64,000 bases of DNA from the human T2T-CHM13v2.0 reference genome, Homo sapiens. This document shows, one piece after another, positions 45,061 through 58,642 of this stretch. The position numbers and the translations under genes were made by a program. The stretch lies in assembly GCF_009914755.1 (NCBI RefSeq), contig NC_060926.1; one strand, written 5' to 3'. The notes beneath the pieces are model-generated. The model saw only the letters and a program-made list of their open reading frames with translations. It was not told where the DNA came from and did no database searches. The first letter of the stretch is position 1. Every line of letters begins with the position of its first letter.

Positions 45061-46464
45061 CTTTCTAGTCATATTTATCCTATGAATAACCCAAATAATA
45101 GTCTATTTCTTGGTTTTAACTTTAAGAAGCTTATATGTAGCATTGAATTATCTCTTACACATTCAAAAACCCGATCTAAAATTTGAAAACTAAATATGCT
45201 ATGTACAGATTCCTATGAAAGATAAAAAGTATTTAATTTTGATTTTGGAAAATATTTTATATGCATGGATATTTGAATGTGTGCATCTTTACTAGCAAAT
45301 ATTTAATATTTCCTTAAGATACTCTAATTTGAGATAAGTGACATTCAGATTGGGGCTAGGATGAAGTTCTTTTCATTTCCTACAAGGAATATTATAGTAG
45401 ATTATAACTAAATTTAGACATTATATTTTCTAAATCAAACGTAGGCATACGTTTTTTATCACCTTGCCTGATAACAGGACATACAGTGGAAATTAGAATG
45501 ATTCCCAAACATCTGTGCCATGTGGTTACTGCTGTTACTTAGGGAGTTATGAAGATCTATGAATAGGAGAAGGCAAGAAGGAAGTAAAACATCTTATCCA
45601 ATGTAAGGGCTATTATAATCAAGGGATAATTCTTTTATAAATAGAATATGACACTATCACACAAAGTCAAGACCAAGATGTCAGACAAATGTAAGGACAC
45701 AGGCAAGTTCAGCCCACACCAGGGAAGCAACAGGAATGATATGTGTACTAGGCTTATGCATATGACTTCCCAGCCAACCAGAAGGGGATTCAGTAAGCTG
45801 ACAGCCAATTGTATAGTTTAAGTTAAAATTTCTGTTTCAAGCCTTGTAGAAATGAATGTGGTTTGAATCACACAAACATTTTTTAAGACTTGGGACACGC
45901 ATCTCAAGATCTGGCATATGTGCAAGTAGTCCATGTGTTTCAATTCCAGAGAAGATAGCTAGTCCCTTCCTGGGCTTTAGCCAGTTTCCTGGAAGCGTGA
46001 AAGAGCTGGTTGATGGTGAGGGCCACAAGACTAACACAGCTTCCTAAAGGTCTCAGCAGTGACAGGAGAGGGCTGGGATGTTGAGACTAGGTAAGCAAAG
46101 AGTAATGTGTGAGTCCAAAGTTAGCATTCCCCAGAAGCCAACTCCCATACACTTCATAAATGCAGGAGAATGACAGAAGAATTTGGAAGAATCATAATTA
46201 GGAGTCTAAATTCCCTGTAAATTTAAAACTTATCCTCAAAATTTTATGGCAAATAGGAAAATGGAAGAGTAATTGTAAAAGGTAATTAATTGGAGTACAT
46301 ATTTCTTCTAGAGCTATGACTTACTGTTAGCAAGACTTTCATGTCAGTTTCATAAAAGTGATCATGACAGGTGGCTAGCTCCATCAGTGAGTTCATAAAG
46401 ATTTAACCAAGTTTTAAACAAAAATAGAGTAAACCAATTTATTTTAAGAAGTGATTTTATTTCT

Positions 46465-46744
46465 GGCCAGGTGTGGTGGCTCACGCCTGTAATCCCAGCC
46501 CTCTGGGAGACTGAGGCAGGTGGATCACCTGAGGTCAGGAGTTTGAGACCAGCCTGGCCAACATGGTGAAACACTGTCTCTACTAAAAACACAAAAATTA
46601 GCAGGGTGTGGTGGCTGGTACCTGTAATCCTAGCTACTTGGGAGGCTGAGGCAAGAGAATCACTTGAACCTGGGGGGCAGAGGTTGCAGTGAGCCAAGAT
46701 CATGCCAGTTCACTCCAGCCTGGGCAACAGAGCAAGACTCCATC

Positions 46745-46777
<33 letters not shown>

Positions 46778-46793
46778 GAAAGAAAGAAAAAAG
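46465..46793 (+). mobile_element. AluSx-like with an (A)n(GAAAA)n(GAAA)n tail
   Basis: Full Alu; 15-bp TSD AGTGATTTTATTTCT. Confidence 0.95.
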
Positions 46794-49262
46794 AGTGATT
46801 TTATTTCTAGTAGGCTATTTCTAATAGGCTAGTATTTTGTAAGCTTTAAGCAGACACCAGCTCAATATAATATTGAAAAAAAAAAACCCCACATATAACC
46901 TTGGTCCTTTCAGTAAGCTGAGCACCCAAAATGGCATCTTATAGTTTCTCATAAATTGCAGTTCAACAATGTTGAATATGATAAAGTGGTTATCAAAAGT
47001 TAGAGCCATTTTTTAAAAAGTTCCCAGATACCTGGGTAGCTAAGGTTATTTAATAAATTGTTATGACGTAATGCTACTAAATCTCCTAAGATTAAATTTA
47101 AGGTTTTTTTAATGAGTGCTCAGGTTTAAAATAACTTTGTATTTTTCTCTGATGTTAAATTTTTGATTTGTGCCTTTAGAATCTGTAACTCTCACTCCTT
47201 TTCATATGATAAAATTATTTGATAGAACAAGAAAATAAATCCCAAAATTATAAAATCAGCACCACTATTTCTTTGAAATTTTAGCTGCTAAAGGATTCAT
47301 GTCATTCTCAAACACAATGATAAAGAAATTAGCAATTTTCAAAAATCATGTGACTTAAATCCTTTTTGTTACACTCATTTCTCTCATTTAAGTTTCTGAG
47401 AGAACTATTGATTTGTTCTTTTTCTCTGAAAAGATTAAACACCTGGATTTTATCATGTACTCACATTTGAAATTCAAATCATTTGTATATAATGCATTAA
47501 ATTATTTGAAAAGTCAAATATCACAGATTAGTGTGAGATGATAGCATACTCTGTATGCTATGATATAAAGTGGTTCAGAAGCATGTAATAAGTTCCTGAA
47601 ATGTCTGTTCCCACTGTATGTAAAATGGCTCACTTTTCAGCAAGATCGGTGATTCCTTATATAAATCTGTTAGCAGCTTTTTGATTATAAGAGGATGGAC
47701 AGTTCTTTCTCATGAGTTAGTTTGCAAATATTAGTTTTCCTTTTAAAAAGTCCGAACAGAGAACCAATAAGCTTCTTTAACTTTTACAACTGCCTAATAC
47801 AATTTAAATTACATTTATTAACTTAGTTCTGCAGGTTTGGAAAGTATGTGCACTTGGCATATCCTATCACTCCATCTCCTGTCAGCTAATGTCCTCAGTA
47901 GTCTATTTCCAGTTACATGTGTGGAGATACAAGATTGGTGCAATATATTTTTACCCTTTTTAATTCTTGTAGTTGCATGCTGAAATTATTTAATGTGGGA
48001 TTAGTTGAATGGTGTCTGTCATAGAAAGGGATTGTTGTAGAAAATTTGTTGTCTTTTACCACCTTTAGTTCACTGCTTTTTAATGGCATATAACACTCAA
48101 ATTTTCCTTAGAAAGGAGTAATAAATAATTTCTGTCAGTCAAAATAATTTAAACTGCTGAGAGGAGTAGAAGGTAACAAGATTTTGGCAAAGCATAAAAA
48201 CCATGAAGAATCAAGCGAAAAGAAGAAATTCCCAAGATATGTAGTTTAAAATGTCTATAAAGAGATAGGTAAGTGAGGAAATGGTACTACTGCTTATTGT
48301 GGATTTGGAAATTATTTTAAAGACAACATAATTTTCATGCATTCAAAGATAGTATTTTGATTGCATTACATAGCTCAGTTCATGGGGAAAATCTCGTACC
48401 TGTAATGTTTTCAAGGTAATTCGAAAAATTGTTAAGTATATGTGAGAAATTTGTGTGCTCAAATAACAAAGGCATATTTTTATTTTTATGTCAACTTAAT
48501 ATCAAACTAGGAGTAAATATATTTAGCAATACATATGCTTGACAAAAGATTTTTAACTAAGATGTTTATTTTCTCAATATTAAGTGTAAAAGAAGGGATA
48601 AACTAGATTCCTGTTTTTCAGTCTCTGTGATTGTCTTTTAACTCTACAGATGTATTTGGAGCATCAGAAAAGTTCACAACATTACATTAGAATGAGTCAT
48701 ACTCTCTGTTCTCAAAGAGTTCACCATCTAATGGAAAGACAGTTACCAAACAATAAAATAGCTAACAATCAGGGAAGCAGAGCAGCAAAGTTTTATGTCT
48801 ATGTAGGGCTGTCAGAGAAGGATTCACAAAAAAATAGTTACGCTACTTCTTGTGAGAAAAGAAGACTTACATTATCAAGGTATTGAGGTATAGCTCGGAG
48901 TATGTGTTCCTGCAAAGGGAACAAACTGTAAAATGAATTAAGTATAAGAGAATGAAGCATTCACATGTTGTTTCAATGTTTTCTGTTTAGAATAACCCAA
49001 TTTACCATGGTTTTTTATCTCTTGTTTTCATCTAGTCCAACTTAGTTGCTTTATTACTCCAATAAATTAACACTGGATTATTATAGGACAATAAATGAAT
49101 TAATGGCAGTCAGATTGGTTTGAAGAGACTGAGGACAGTGAGGAATCCTAAAGACCAGAAATAATAAAATTTCAATGTGATGAGAGGCTTATAATTAAGA
49201 ATCTGTATGTGTCTTCAAAAATAATTAGGTCTCAAATTGTGGCATCTAAAAAGTTACCTTGC

Positions 49263-49378
49263 AAACACTACTTCAACATTGTGATCTCGCTATTATTATA
49301 TCTTAGAATTTGATTTTGTGAAACACTACTTCAACATTGTGGTCTTGCTCTTATTATATCTTAGAATTTGATTTCGTG
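49263..49378. repeat. 2 x 58-bp tandem duplication (4 mismatches)
   Basis: AAACACTACTTCAACATTGTG...TTAGAATTTGATTTYGTG occurs twice. Confidence 0.95.
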
Positions 49379-50028
49379 TCTATGTGCTGAAACCACTTCA
49401 TGGTACTAAGTTAGGTATGTGCTAATAGTTCTTGAGATCATGAGGATACTATTTCTCAGCAGATAATGCACTGAAGTGTTCATTTTCAAAATAAATATAC
49501 TTAAGGTGCAATAGTGCACATTATGAGTTTCAGATTGTTATATTACCATTAAAATAAATTCTAAGAATATACCTGCTTGGAAAATTCTAATTAGTGTGAT
49601 TACTATGGAACTGGAAATAATTATTTTAAAACTCGTAAGAGCGTATTTTGAAAAATAATCAGCAGTAGAATAAGAAACTGCCAGATGAGTCACTAGTCTA
49701 AAAAGGTAAAATATTTTTCCTTTGAATTCTGCTAAATATATTACTTCTCAGATTCAAGGATAGTGCATTGAAAATTACTTTGTAGAATTTTTCTACGAAA
49801 AATATGATATGGGAAAGTCCTGTTCAGCAGGAGAAAAAAACAAGAAAAAGAAATTAGGAAATACGGACACATGAACCAAAGGAATTGATTTGAAATTTAC
49901 TTATAATTCACATTAGCCCTAAGCTTCAGTCTGGGAGTTATGACTAATAATAAAAAATAAAGAAATAATTATTTTGTGATCCATTATTTTAAAACCAGTA
50001 AATACTAACAAATTATTTATATACTTGC

Positions 50029-50499
50029 ATATATTAGTCAACTGTTCTCACAATAATATGCATATCAAACAACTCTAAAACTCAGTAGTGTCCAATAGGA
50101 AGCAATTACTTCTTATTCATCTGACTCAAGATCTGCTGAGGCTCAGCTGACTTCAGATAAGCTCAAGAAGGCTCGTATTTAAACTGTGGAATATGTTTGG
50201 TTTGCTCCATGGGCCTCTCATTCGTCTGAGATCCGTAGGCTACCCAGAATATGTTCTTTTCTTGGCAGTGACATTAATAGAAGAGAGAAAACCAAGCCAT
50301 ATGACTAACTACTCTTCAACACTCTGCTTGTTTCAGACCCACTAACAGCCCATGGGCCAAAACAAGTCTTGTGGCCACACTCTGCAATAATTGAATGGAA
50401 AAGGGTATTCTGTTCACCATGAAGCTATCGCAAGGGTGGGGATGCAAAATCTGGCTACTAAGAAATAACAAATGAAGACTGATAAGTAAATCTGCCACA
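50029..50499 (-). mobile_element. MLT1G/H-like LTR (MaLR)
   Basis: tatattagtc...aaaactcagt...ccatgggccaaaacaagtcttgtggcca...aatctgccaca. Confidence 0.7.
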
Positions 50500-53400
50500 A
50501 CTTTAATATTTGTTTATAAAAAGAAAAGTTTGCATGTATTTTTCTGAAAATTTGGATTTTAAAAAGTGTTTCTAAGAATTAATACATGTGGATAGTAGTA
50601 AGTACCCAAAACTAAGAACAGAAATGCTTAGAGATAAATAAATGCTTACATATGCATGCATACATGTATACAGGCCAGTCAGAAGGAAGAAGAGAAAAAA
50701 TAAGCAAACTCATTGAGGAAGTACAGGAAAGAAAGCACAGAGGAGAAATTGGGAAAACCTGTGCTGAGAGATGTCTCTGGTCCTGCCAGTTTCCAGGTAC
50801 AGCTCCATTATCCATGCACCATTACTGGTTTTGATATACAAGTCCTGCAATTTTAACACCTATGAAAGAAACTTACATTTTTATCTTCATGCATACAATA
50901 CACAATGTGCATAAGTGAAGCATTTTATCTCAAATGTAAATGTATACAGAATGCTGTGTTCCTCAGATCTATCCTTATGTTTCAGTGTTATCTATTAAGA
51001 GGAAAAAAGAAACAAGAGTTAAAATTGAAATAACTTAAATCTTTCAACTTCCCTCTGACTTTAAGGAGAAAAGAATTTCTTCATTGCCATTTCTATTCCC
51101 ACCTTCCAATTATTCAAACCAAGTTGCATTCAGAGAATAGCACTGATTGCTGTTTAGCATTCTATTTAGTAATGGGTATGTTATTCTCTGGATTATCTGT
51201 TTGCTATTATCTAGTTCTAGATATAGAGAGGGAAATAGAGCAAAAATCTGGACCCTTTGTATCACAGATCTATGAGTTTGAAAAGAGACTCTGGATTGTC
51301 CAGTTCACAATGGATCCGGCAAGCCTGCGCAGACTGATAGTGGATGAGTTTAACATTGTTTTCTTTTGTGCCACAAGACACACTACACACTGGTGGTTAA
51401 GAACACACACTTTGAAGCCTCACTAGGTTCAAATTGCAGTGTCTTGCTTACTGGCCTTAGCAAGAAATTTTGCAAAAGGGGATGACTTCTAAAACAGGGT
51501 ATATTCCGCCTATCCTTTAAATGATTATGTCTGTAAAATACTTAGAACACTTTTCTATTATTTCTATAATTTTGGAAAACATTCTTTCAGAGTCTCCAGA
51601 ACATCACACTTTAATCCCCTCCATCCCACAGATTGTGAGTTCTTTGGGTAATGATTCCTTTCCCTCCCTCCCTGTGGTCACAGGGAAAGAGTTGGTTGAA
51701 CTATGATCTTAGGGAGGAATAAGGAGAAGCTAGGAGGAGATACTAAAGTTGTTGCAATTTTAAAGTAACTTAAGTATCAGTGAATGTCTTTATCTCCAAG
51801 TCAGTATTGCCCTGAAAAGTCACACTCGCAACATGGAAGATGACACTGGGCAACTTGTCTCTTGAGATTCCATGGCAGTTTCTAAGTATTCCTTGCTGTT
51901 ACTGTAGGACTTTAAGGGCACAGTCACACAGGGAATGTGTTCTGGATAGTTTTATCAACTTTAGAACTGATGAAGAGTTAATTTGAGGGTGAATCCTGAT
52001 TGACTTAACCACTCATTGTTTTGCATAAATACTATCACTTGTGAGGTAGACTGAAACACTTGACATATTTAATGCAAACAAATTCTGAAACTGATTGTTC
52101 TTTGTTTTTCTATGTTCCTTAAGCAAACCAGCCTAGTGACTCTATTTCAACAGTTGCTACTTCTTTTGAAAAAGTATCTACTTTCCAATTATCCGCTAAT
52201 ATGTAACTATCTTTCAGAGATAGTGACCATGTGACATTTCAAATCACAATGCCTAATGCAGATAATTCCAGTAACTTTCAAAGTTTTTTTCTATGGATAA
52301 AAATAAAAGAATAAGAATAGAAAAAATATATACACATACATGTATACCTCGTCTTGCTAACTAGTTTATTTAGTTGATGAGAGACATAGTATCAGATGAT
52401 ATTATTACCTATAATTTAATGAAGAAGTAGTTTCATTTTATGCTATAACTTCCTTCAGATAGGAGATTATTACAATGCTGTTTTCTGAAGAAAAGGAAAT
52501 TTTTCAACATAGAAAGCCTGGACCAAAGTATTACAATGTACCATGCCACTCCTGTATAATGATCCATTGACTATCATCCGTTCTGTCACATGGAACTATA
52601 AAGACTTTACAGTTCTATAGGCAAGAGCATAAATCTCACCTTTCTTAAATGTCCTTGTCTAGAATTAGACTTTTTCTAAAATACCTAGCTTTTATCCTAC
52701 AGTATTTGCTTCATATTTACCAAAGAAGAAATATGAAAACTAAAAGCAAAAAGCAAAACACTCAAAGAGAAAAATGAATTTTAAAATATATTCACTGAGT
52801 ACATGTAGAATATTGATAATATCTTCATTTCACAGCACAAATGAACAAGTGTTGTCTTTAAATGAATGGCATTGGTCCAAAAATCTGAATATCTATTGTC
52901 TTTTCTAATCTTTGCAAAAATCCAAACAAAACACATTTATCACTGACTCTGTGAGTAATAGCAGTTTAAAGATGAAAATAAGCATATGAATGATACACAG
53001 AAGTTCAGATGAGACTTATTGTAGTAGCATTTCCTATAAATCAGGGATTATGCACTGTTTTTACTTTATCCTCAGAATAATTACAGTTGCTCAAGTACTA
53101 TTAAAGATATACTATGGGATTTCAGAAACCACAAAGAACACAAGTGCAGATTATTTTTAAAGACAAAGTTAATTTATCTATTGTTTTTAAGGATAGAACA
53201 TTACAGTACACATTAGAAAACACCTTCCCAAATTGTCTTGCCAAATATATGAGAAAAACTTTTGCAATAGTTCAATATTTTATCTCAATGTGATATTGCC
53301 CTGTTCTCAATGATGGCTTCAGAAAATAAAAAATACCAGCTGGTAAGTATTTATGTCCTTTGTACAGCCTCTCTTGGTTATCTCACTCCTATTTATTCAA

Positions 53401-53500
53401 TAATAAAATCGAAGTTAAATGGACAAGATTCGTATTCCCACTTTTCTATTCCTATAGCAACTCTATGAGAGACACTTAGGAAAATTTGCTTTCAACAAAG

Positions 53501-53503
<3 letters not shown>

Positions 53504-53562
<59 letters not shown>

Positions 53563-53620
53563 CAGAGACAGAGAATGAGAGAGAGAAGGCCAAGAGACAG
53601 GAGAGACAGAGATAAAGACA
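53504..53620. repeat. (TG)n(AG)n compound microsatellite with a GA-rich extension
   Basis: Read directly from the sequence. Confidence 0.95.
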
Positions 53621-54696
53621 AGAAAATAGCTTGTAAGCAACTCAAATGTAGTAAGGGTGACAGCATTTCCATTCTGTTCGTATACTCTGTGGGAGTTTTA
53701 GTCATCATTGAATTAGCAGCAACTGTGACCTCAGAATACCATGAAATACCCTCATAACCTAATGGAAATATTAGGGTATAGATATGGGAAGGAGAGTATT
53801 TCTCCTTTTTGTACAGCAGGTATCTACTTTTATTGCATCCTTTTTACTTGACATCATTTTAATCAGAATGAGAAGAGAGGAAACAAAATGGAAATTGTTG
53901 ATTTCTCACCTTGATTGAAATTCTGAAATACTTGGAAAGTAAGAAATAATAACACTAGTAAAATATTATAAAATGATTTAGGAATACCCATGTATAGTGT
54001 CTGATGATTACTGATTAACCAATTTGTGTGACAACTAAAAAATATATACACAGTGGCCTTCAAACAGAATACACTTTTATCTAGCATTATTGAGAAAAGG
54101 TTGTTGTAGCTAATGAAAATTTGTAGTTAAGTTTCTCTCTATATTCTGCACAGACGAATAATTTTATGTAATTTACAAAAATTAAAGTAGTCTTAGTATT
54201 TATGAGACACAAGTTATTCATTGATTTTGGTGTTTTAAAATTTATTTAACTTTCTTTCAATACTTCGATGAAATCATTACATACATCAGAGGTCCTAATA
54301 GAGTTGTCAAAATTAATAACCTTTCAACTGATGGAAAGCCAGTTACTAAATTGTGCTGTAAATGAGTTCTAGTTCTAGCGGATCTCAGAGATGAGTAAGT
54401 GTTTTCTATTACTTTTTTTATTACAGTGAAGAAAGAACAACCTGATAGTACCATAATGTTAAAAATTTACAGATCTTGAATCACACACAAATAAAGTAAA
54501 TAAGAACTTGTGTACACCTATAGTGTTCTGTGTTTTCCATGAATGTCATGAAAATATATATTTTAGTCAATATAATGTACATTAATGTGTGTGCATAGAA
54601 AACTATACATGTGTACACATATATGTATGTGTATATATGTGTATTTACATGTGTATATATGTCTACATAAAGCTATAGTTATAGATGAAACTATGA

Positions 54697-55665
54697 TATA
54701 TTAGCTTTCTATTGTTCCGTAATAAATACAGCTTAAAACAACATATATTGTTTATCTTGCAGTTTTGTGGGTCAGGCATCTAGGCATGGCTTAACAGGGT
54801 CCTCTGTCAACCTGCAATTAGGGTGGCAGCCTGGGCAGATTCTCATCTATAGATTCAACTAGGAAAAAGTCCAGTGTTCAGCTCACTCAGGTTGTTGGCA
54901 AGTGGCTGTAGACTGAGGGCTCCAAGTTCTTACTGGATGTCTGCTGGAAATGACCCTCAGTTCCTTTCCATGTGGACTTCCCCAATATAGCCTCTTATTT
55001 ATCATGCCAGTAAGGAGAGTCTCCAGAGCAAGTCAGCTAGCAAATGGGAGTTTTACAGAACAAAACAAAATCCCAAGAGCAATATTCCATCAATTTTATA
55101 TATTGCGTGGGTTAAAAGGAAGTCTCAGGTTTCAGGCCCTGCTGTATTAGTCAGAGTTCTCTAGATATACACACACACACACACACAGTGGAATCTATTA
55201 AGTATTAACTCACACGATCACAAGATTCCACAATAGGCTCTCTGCAAGCTGAGAAGCAAGGAGAGCCAGTCCGAGTCCCAGAACTAAAGAACTTTGAGTC
55301 CAATGTTCAAGGGCAGGAAGCATCCATCATGGGAGAAAGATGTAAGCTGGGAGACTAGGCCAGTCTAGTCTTTTCACATTTTTCTGCCTACTTTATATTC
55401 TAGCCAAGCTGGCAGCTAATTAGATGGTGCCCACATTAAGGGTGGGTCTGCCTTTCCCAGCCCAGTTACTCAAATGTTAATCTCCTTTGGCAACACCCTC
55501 ACAGACACACCCAGGATCAATACTTTGCATCCTTCAATCCAGTCAAGTTCACACTCAATATTAACCGTCATACCTGCCCACACTCAAGAAGAGGGGATCA
55601 CAGAAAGCCATGAACACCACCAGGCAAAGATCATGGAAATCTACCCTCAAGTCTGTCCGTAAGTA
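54697..55665 (-). mobile_element. MLT1F/E-like LTR split by MLT2A
   Basis: MaLR motifs (gcttaaaacaaca, gtgggtcaggcatctaggcatggctt, ccacactcaagaagagggg) on both sides of the insert. Confidence 0.75.
55143..55572 (-). mobile_element. MLT2A (HERV-L) solo LTR
   Basis: TGTATTAGTCAGAGTTCTCTAGA...GGCAACACCCTCACAGACACACCCAGG...TTAACCGTCATA with a perfect TSD CCTGC. Confidence 0.92.
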
Positions 55666-55732
55666 CCAATTTTGGCTCAGTAAACATAGTCGCTGATAAC
55701 ATGGTGGCTCAATTTTATATGTAATTTATATC

Positions 55733-55947
55733 AAAGGTAGTCAAATTATGGCCCATAGGCCAGCTACCTGTTTTTGTAAATAAAGTTTTATTTGCACACA
55801 ACCACACCCATGTGTGTATTGTCTATGGCTGCTTTTGGGTAGCAAGGGCAGATTTGAGTAGTTGCAGCAGAGACTACCATATGACCCACAAATGATATTA
55901 ATAATACATTTATTATCTAGCCATTTAAGAGAATTTGCCAATCTCTA
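55733..55947 (+). mobile_element. MER58A DNA transposon
   Basis: cctgtttttgtaaataaagttttatt...tattgtctatggctgctttt...ttgagtagttgcagcagagac. Confidence 0.85.
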
Positions 55948-56653
55948 AAGAATGGATTTTAACATAAATTAATTCCTTTATCAAGTAGATTGATTGATTA
56001 TATTTTTTCCAATAGTTTTTGACACAATAGATACAACCTAACTGATAGGGATGACTACTAATGCCAAGCTTTGTGAAATTGGAAATACGAAAATTTTCTG
56101 ATAATAATATAGCACCATCTCATGGAATATCATGGAAACTGTCAGAAAAGTTTATTGCTGTACTACTAAATTACTGAGCATCAGGAATACTCTGCTATAA
56201 CTTTTAAATTCTACTAAAAATAGTGTGCAAAAAGTTCTACCTTATGAATTTAAATATATGTATACAATTAGATACCATCTAATCCAAATCTATCATGATC
56301 TAGATAAGGAAACTGGTCTTCTGAAATTGAGTTACTTAAACTTACATAGTAAGTAAGATTTCAGGCTTTTATTAAAAAGTTATAAATGTGTATTTATGTA
56401 ATGAGTGTGTGCATATTTAAATGTTAAATATTTCAACAGTAAGATTTTTATTTAGAATCTCAATTTCTACATTCTTAATTTTTAAATTAAACTTTACAAC
56501 AATTTCAGATTTATAGAAAAATTGCAAAGATAGTAAAGAGTCATTTTTCATACATGCAAGTATGCACTAAATAACTTGGATTTATACCAAATTAGTGGAG
56601 ATGAAATGATTCAGTGTCATGTTTAGCTCTGAACATGAAAGTACAAGAGGGCC

Positions 56654-57050
56654 TATATTAGTCTGTTCTCACACTGCTACAAAGACATTCCTTAGACTGG
56701 GTAATTCATAAAGAAAAGAGGTTTAATCGGTTCATAGCTCTGTAGGCTGTACAAGCTTCTGCTTCTGGGGAGACCTCACAAAACTTACAATCATGGCAGA
56801 AGGCAAAGGGAAAGCAAGCACATATTCACAGGGCTGGCAGGAGACAGAGACAGCGAGTGCAGGGGGCTACACACTTTCAAACAACGGGATCCTGTGAGAA
56901 ATCTATCATGAGACAGCGGTAGGGGGATGGTGCTAAACCATTAGAAACCACCCCCATGATTTAATCATCTCCCACCATGCTCCACCTCCAACACTGAGAA
57001 TTGCAATTCAACATGAGATTTGGGTGGGAACACAGAGCCAAATCATATCA
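56654..57050 (-). mobile_element. MSTA-like solo LTR
   Basis: tattagtctgttctcacactgcta...acttacaatcatggcagaagg...gagatttgggtggg..cacagagccaaa.catatca. Confidence 0.9.
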
Positions 57051-57059
57051 GGACACTGA

Positions 57060-58000
57060 AAAATGGGAACATGTTAAGGCAAATTAGCAACAGGGAGATG
57101 AGAGACAATGCTTCAGAAAACCATTTCATTTAACGAGCTTCAGAAGCAACTGGGGTTTTTTGCATAGAAGGCATGACTGAGCAGAACAGAGAGTGCTGCT
57201 TTAAGTATCTGAATGGCTGTCATGGGAAAGATGGGTCATGCTCTGTTTCTTGTTTTCCTCAGGCATAGAATGACTTCCAAGGGCCAAAAATATAGGGAGA
57301 TGATTTTGTTCCAAGGCAAAGGACATCATTCTAACTGAGCAAAAACCGAATGAGCAAGCTGGCGAATTTTCTGTCACAAGAGATCTCGAATCACAAGCTT
57401 AACTCTCCTGGAAAGTTTGGTGAGAAGAATGTTACCGATGGAAGATCTTGACTGTGAGTTATCCAGGTTCTTGGCGTGTTGAACAAAGAATTGAACAAAA
57501 TGCACAAACAAAGCAATAAAAGAACAAATTAACGAAAAACAAGTCAACAGAAGAACAGACTAACGAAAGCACAGATTTATTGAAGTGAAAGTACATTCCA
57601 CAGAGTGAGAACTGGATCAATCAAGTGGCTCAAGAGCCCCCCTACCCCAGTTACAGTTTTTATTAAGCTAAAAGAATGTGGTAACACTCCTAGATGCCCT
57701 TTAGAGGCCTCCAATTGGTTACACCCTATGAAGGATTGGCCTATGACCAATCAGAGGCTGAAGTGGAGATCTGGCCCGTGGTTAGAGGCTAAAGTGGAAA
57801 CTTCTGTCTTGTTATCACAGGAGTGAAGATCTGGCCTGTATGCTGCCTCATCTTGCCTAGAACTGGCTGCACCTGCTGTTCTTTTGCTTTTGCTTAACCC
57901 TTGGTTACCCTAATTGCCTATTCTCCTGCCTCAAAGAGGATGCCGTTCAATAGTTGGATGAGAGATGGAAGTCAGTCCTGAAGTCTCTATATTTGAATTT
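57060..58000 (+). mobile_element. L3/CR1 3' remnant interrupted by a MER51-family LTR
   Basis: ttaagtatctgaatggctgtcatgggaaga and cattctaactgagc resemble the L3 3' region. Confidence 0.6.
57430..57933 (-). mobile_element. MER51-family solo LTR (ERV1)
   Basis: Reverse complement begins TGAGGCAGGAGAATAGG and ends GGTAACA; near-TSD AAGAA/AAGAG. Confidence 0.8.
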
Positions 58001-58350
58001 TTATATTTGAGGTGTAGAAATGTGGGTGGGATGTAGGGGATTCCCAAACCATGAACAGCTTCAGGATGCACATTCAAGGTTTAAGTGCATTCCCATATGT
58101 CCTGTCAATTAGACAAATGGCAATTGTGCCTCACTTACCAGGAAGGGCCAACAAGAAGTTTGTAGGACATTCCAACATTTTTAGACATGCTCACACCTGA
58201 TGAGGATGTCCCAGACCCCTCTGGTAGGAAATGCCGGCCAGTGTTTCTCTAAGAAACCAAGGAGATCAGGATAGCCAATTTCAGGAGCTTCCCTTCCTTG
58301 ATCTCATTGAGGCCTCCTGGGTTAAGAGAACTGTAAAATGTGCAGCTTTT

Positions 58351-58642
58351 ATCTTTAGCAACTTACACAGGAACAGAAAACCAAATACCACATGTTCTCA
58401 CTGATAAGTGGGAGCTAAATTATGAGAACACATGGACACACAGAGGGGAACAACACACACTGGAGCCTTTAGGAGGGTAGAGGGTAGGAGGAGGGAGAGG
58501 ATCAGGAAAAATTACTAATAGTTACCAGGCTTAATACCTGGGCATGAAATAATCTGTACAACAAACCCCCAAGACACAAGTTTACCCATGGAACAAACCT
58601 GCACTGGTACCCCTGAACTTCAAATAAAAGTTAAAAAAGAAA
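58351..58642 (+). mobile_element. L1PA12/13-like 3' end fragment
   Basis: gagaggatcaggaaaaa...aataatctgtacaacaaacccc...gtacccctgaactt.aaataaaagtt; degenerate TSD aaa.gtg.agctt. Confidence 0.88.

Noticed and set aside
32413-49378. Short direct repeats as a CRISPR-like array
   Set aside because: Isolated two-copy tandem duplications with no spacers, in eukaryotic DNA with no cas genes.
51124-51426. 100-aa ORF with a protein-like middle section
   Set aside because: TTG start, no convincing splice pair, runs into a MIR, and no recognisable homology.
55395-55550. MLT2A as a DUX4-responsive zygotic promoter
   Set aside because: The candidate DUX4-type sites look degenerate (CTAATTAGATGG, CAATCCAGTCA rather than TGATTAGATTA or TAATCCAATCA).
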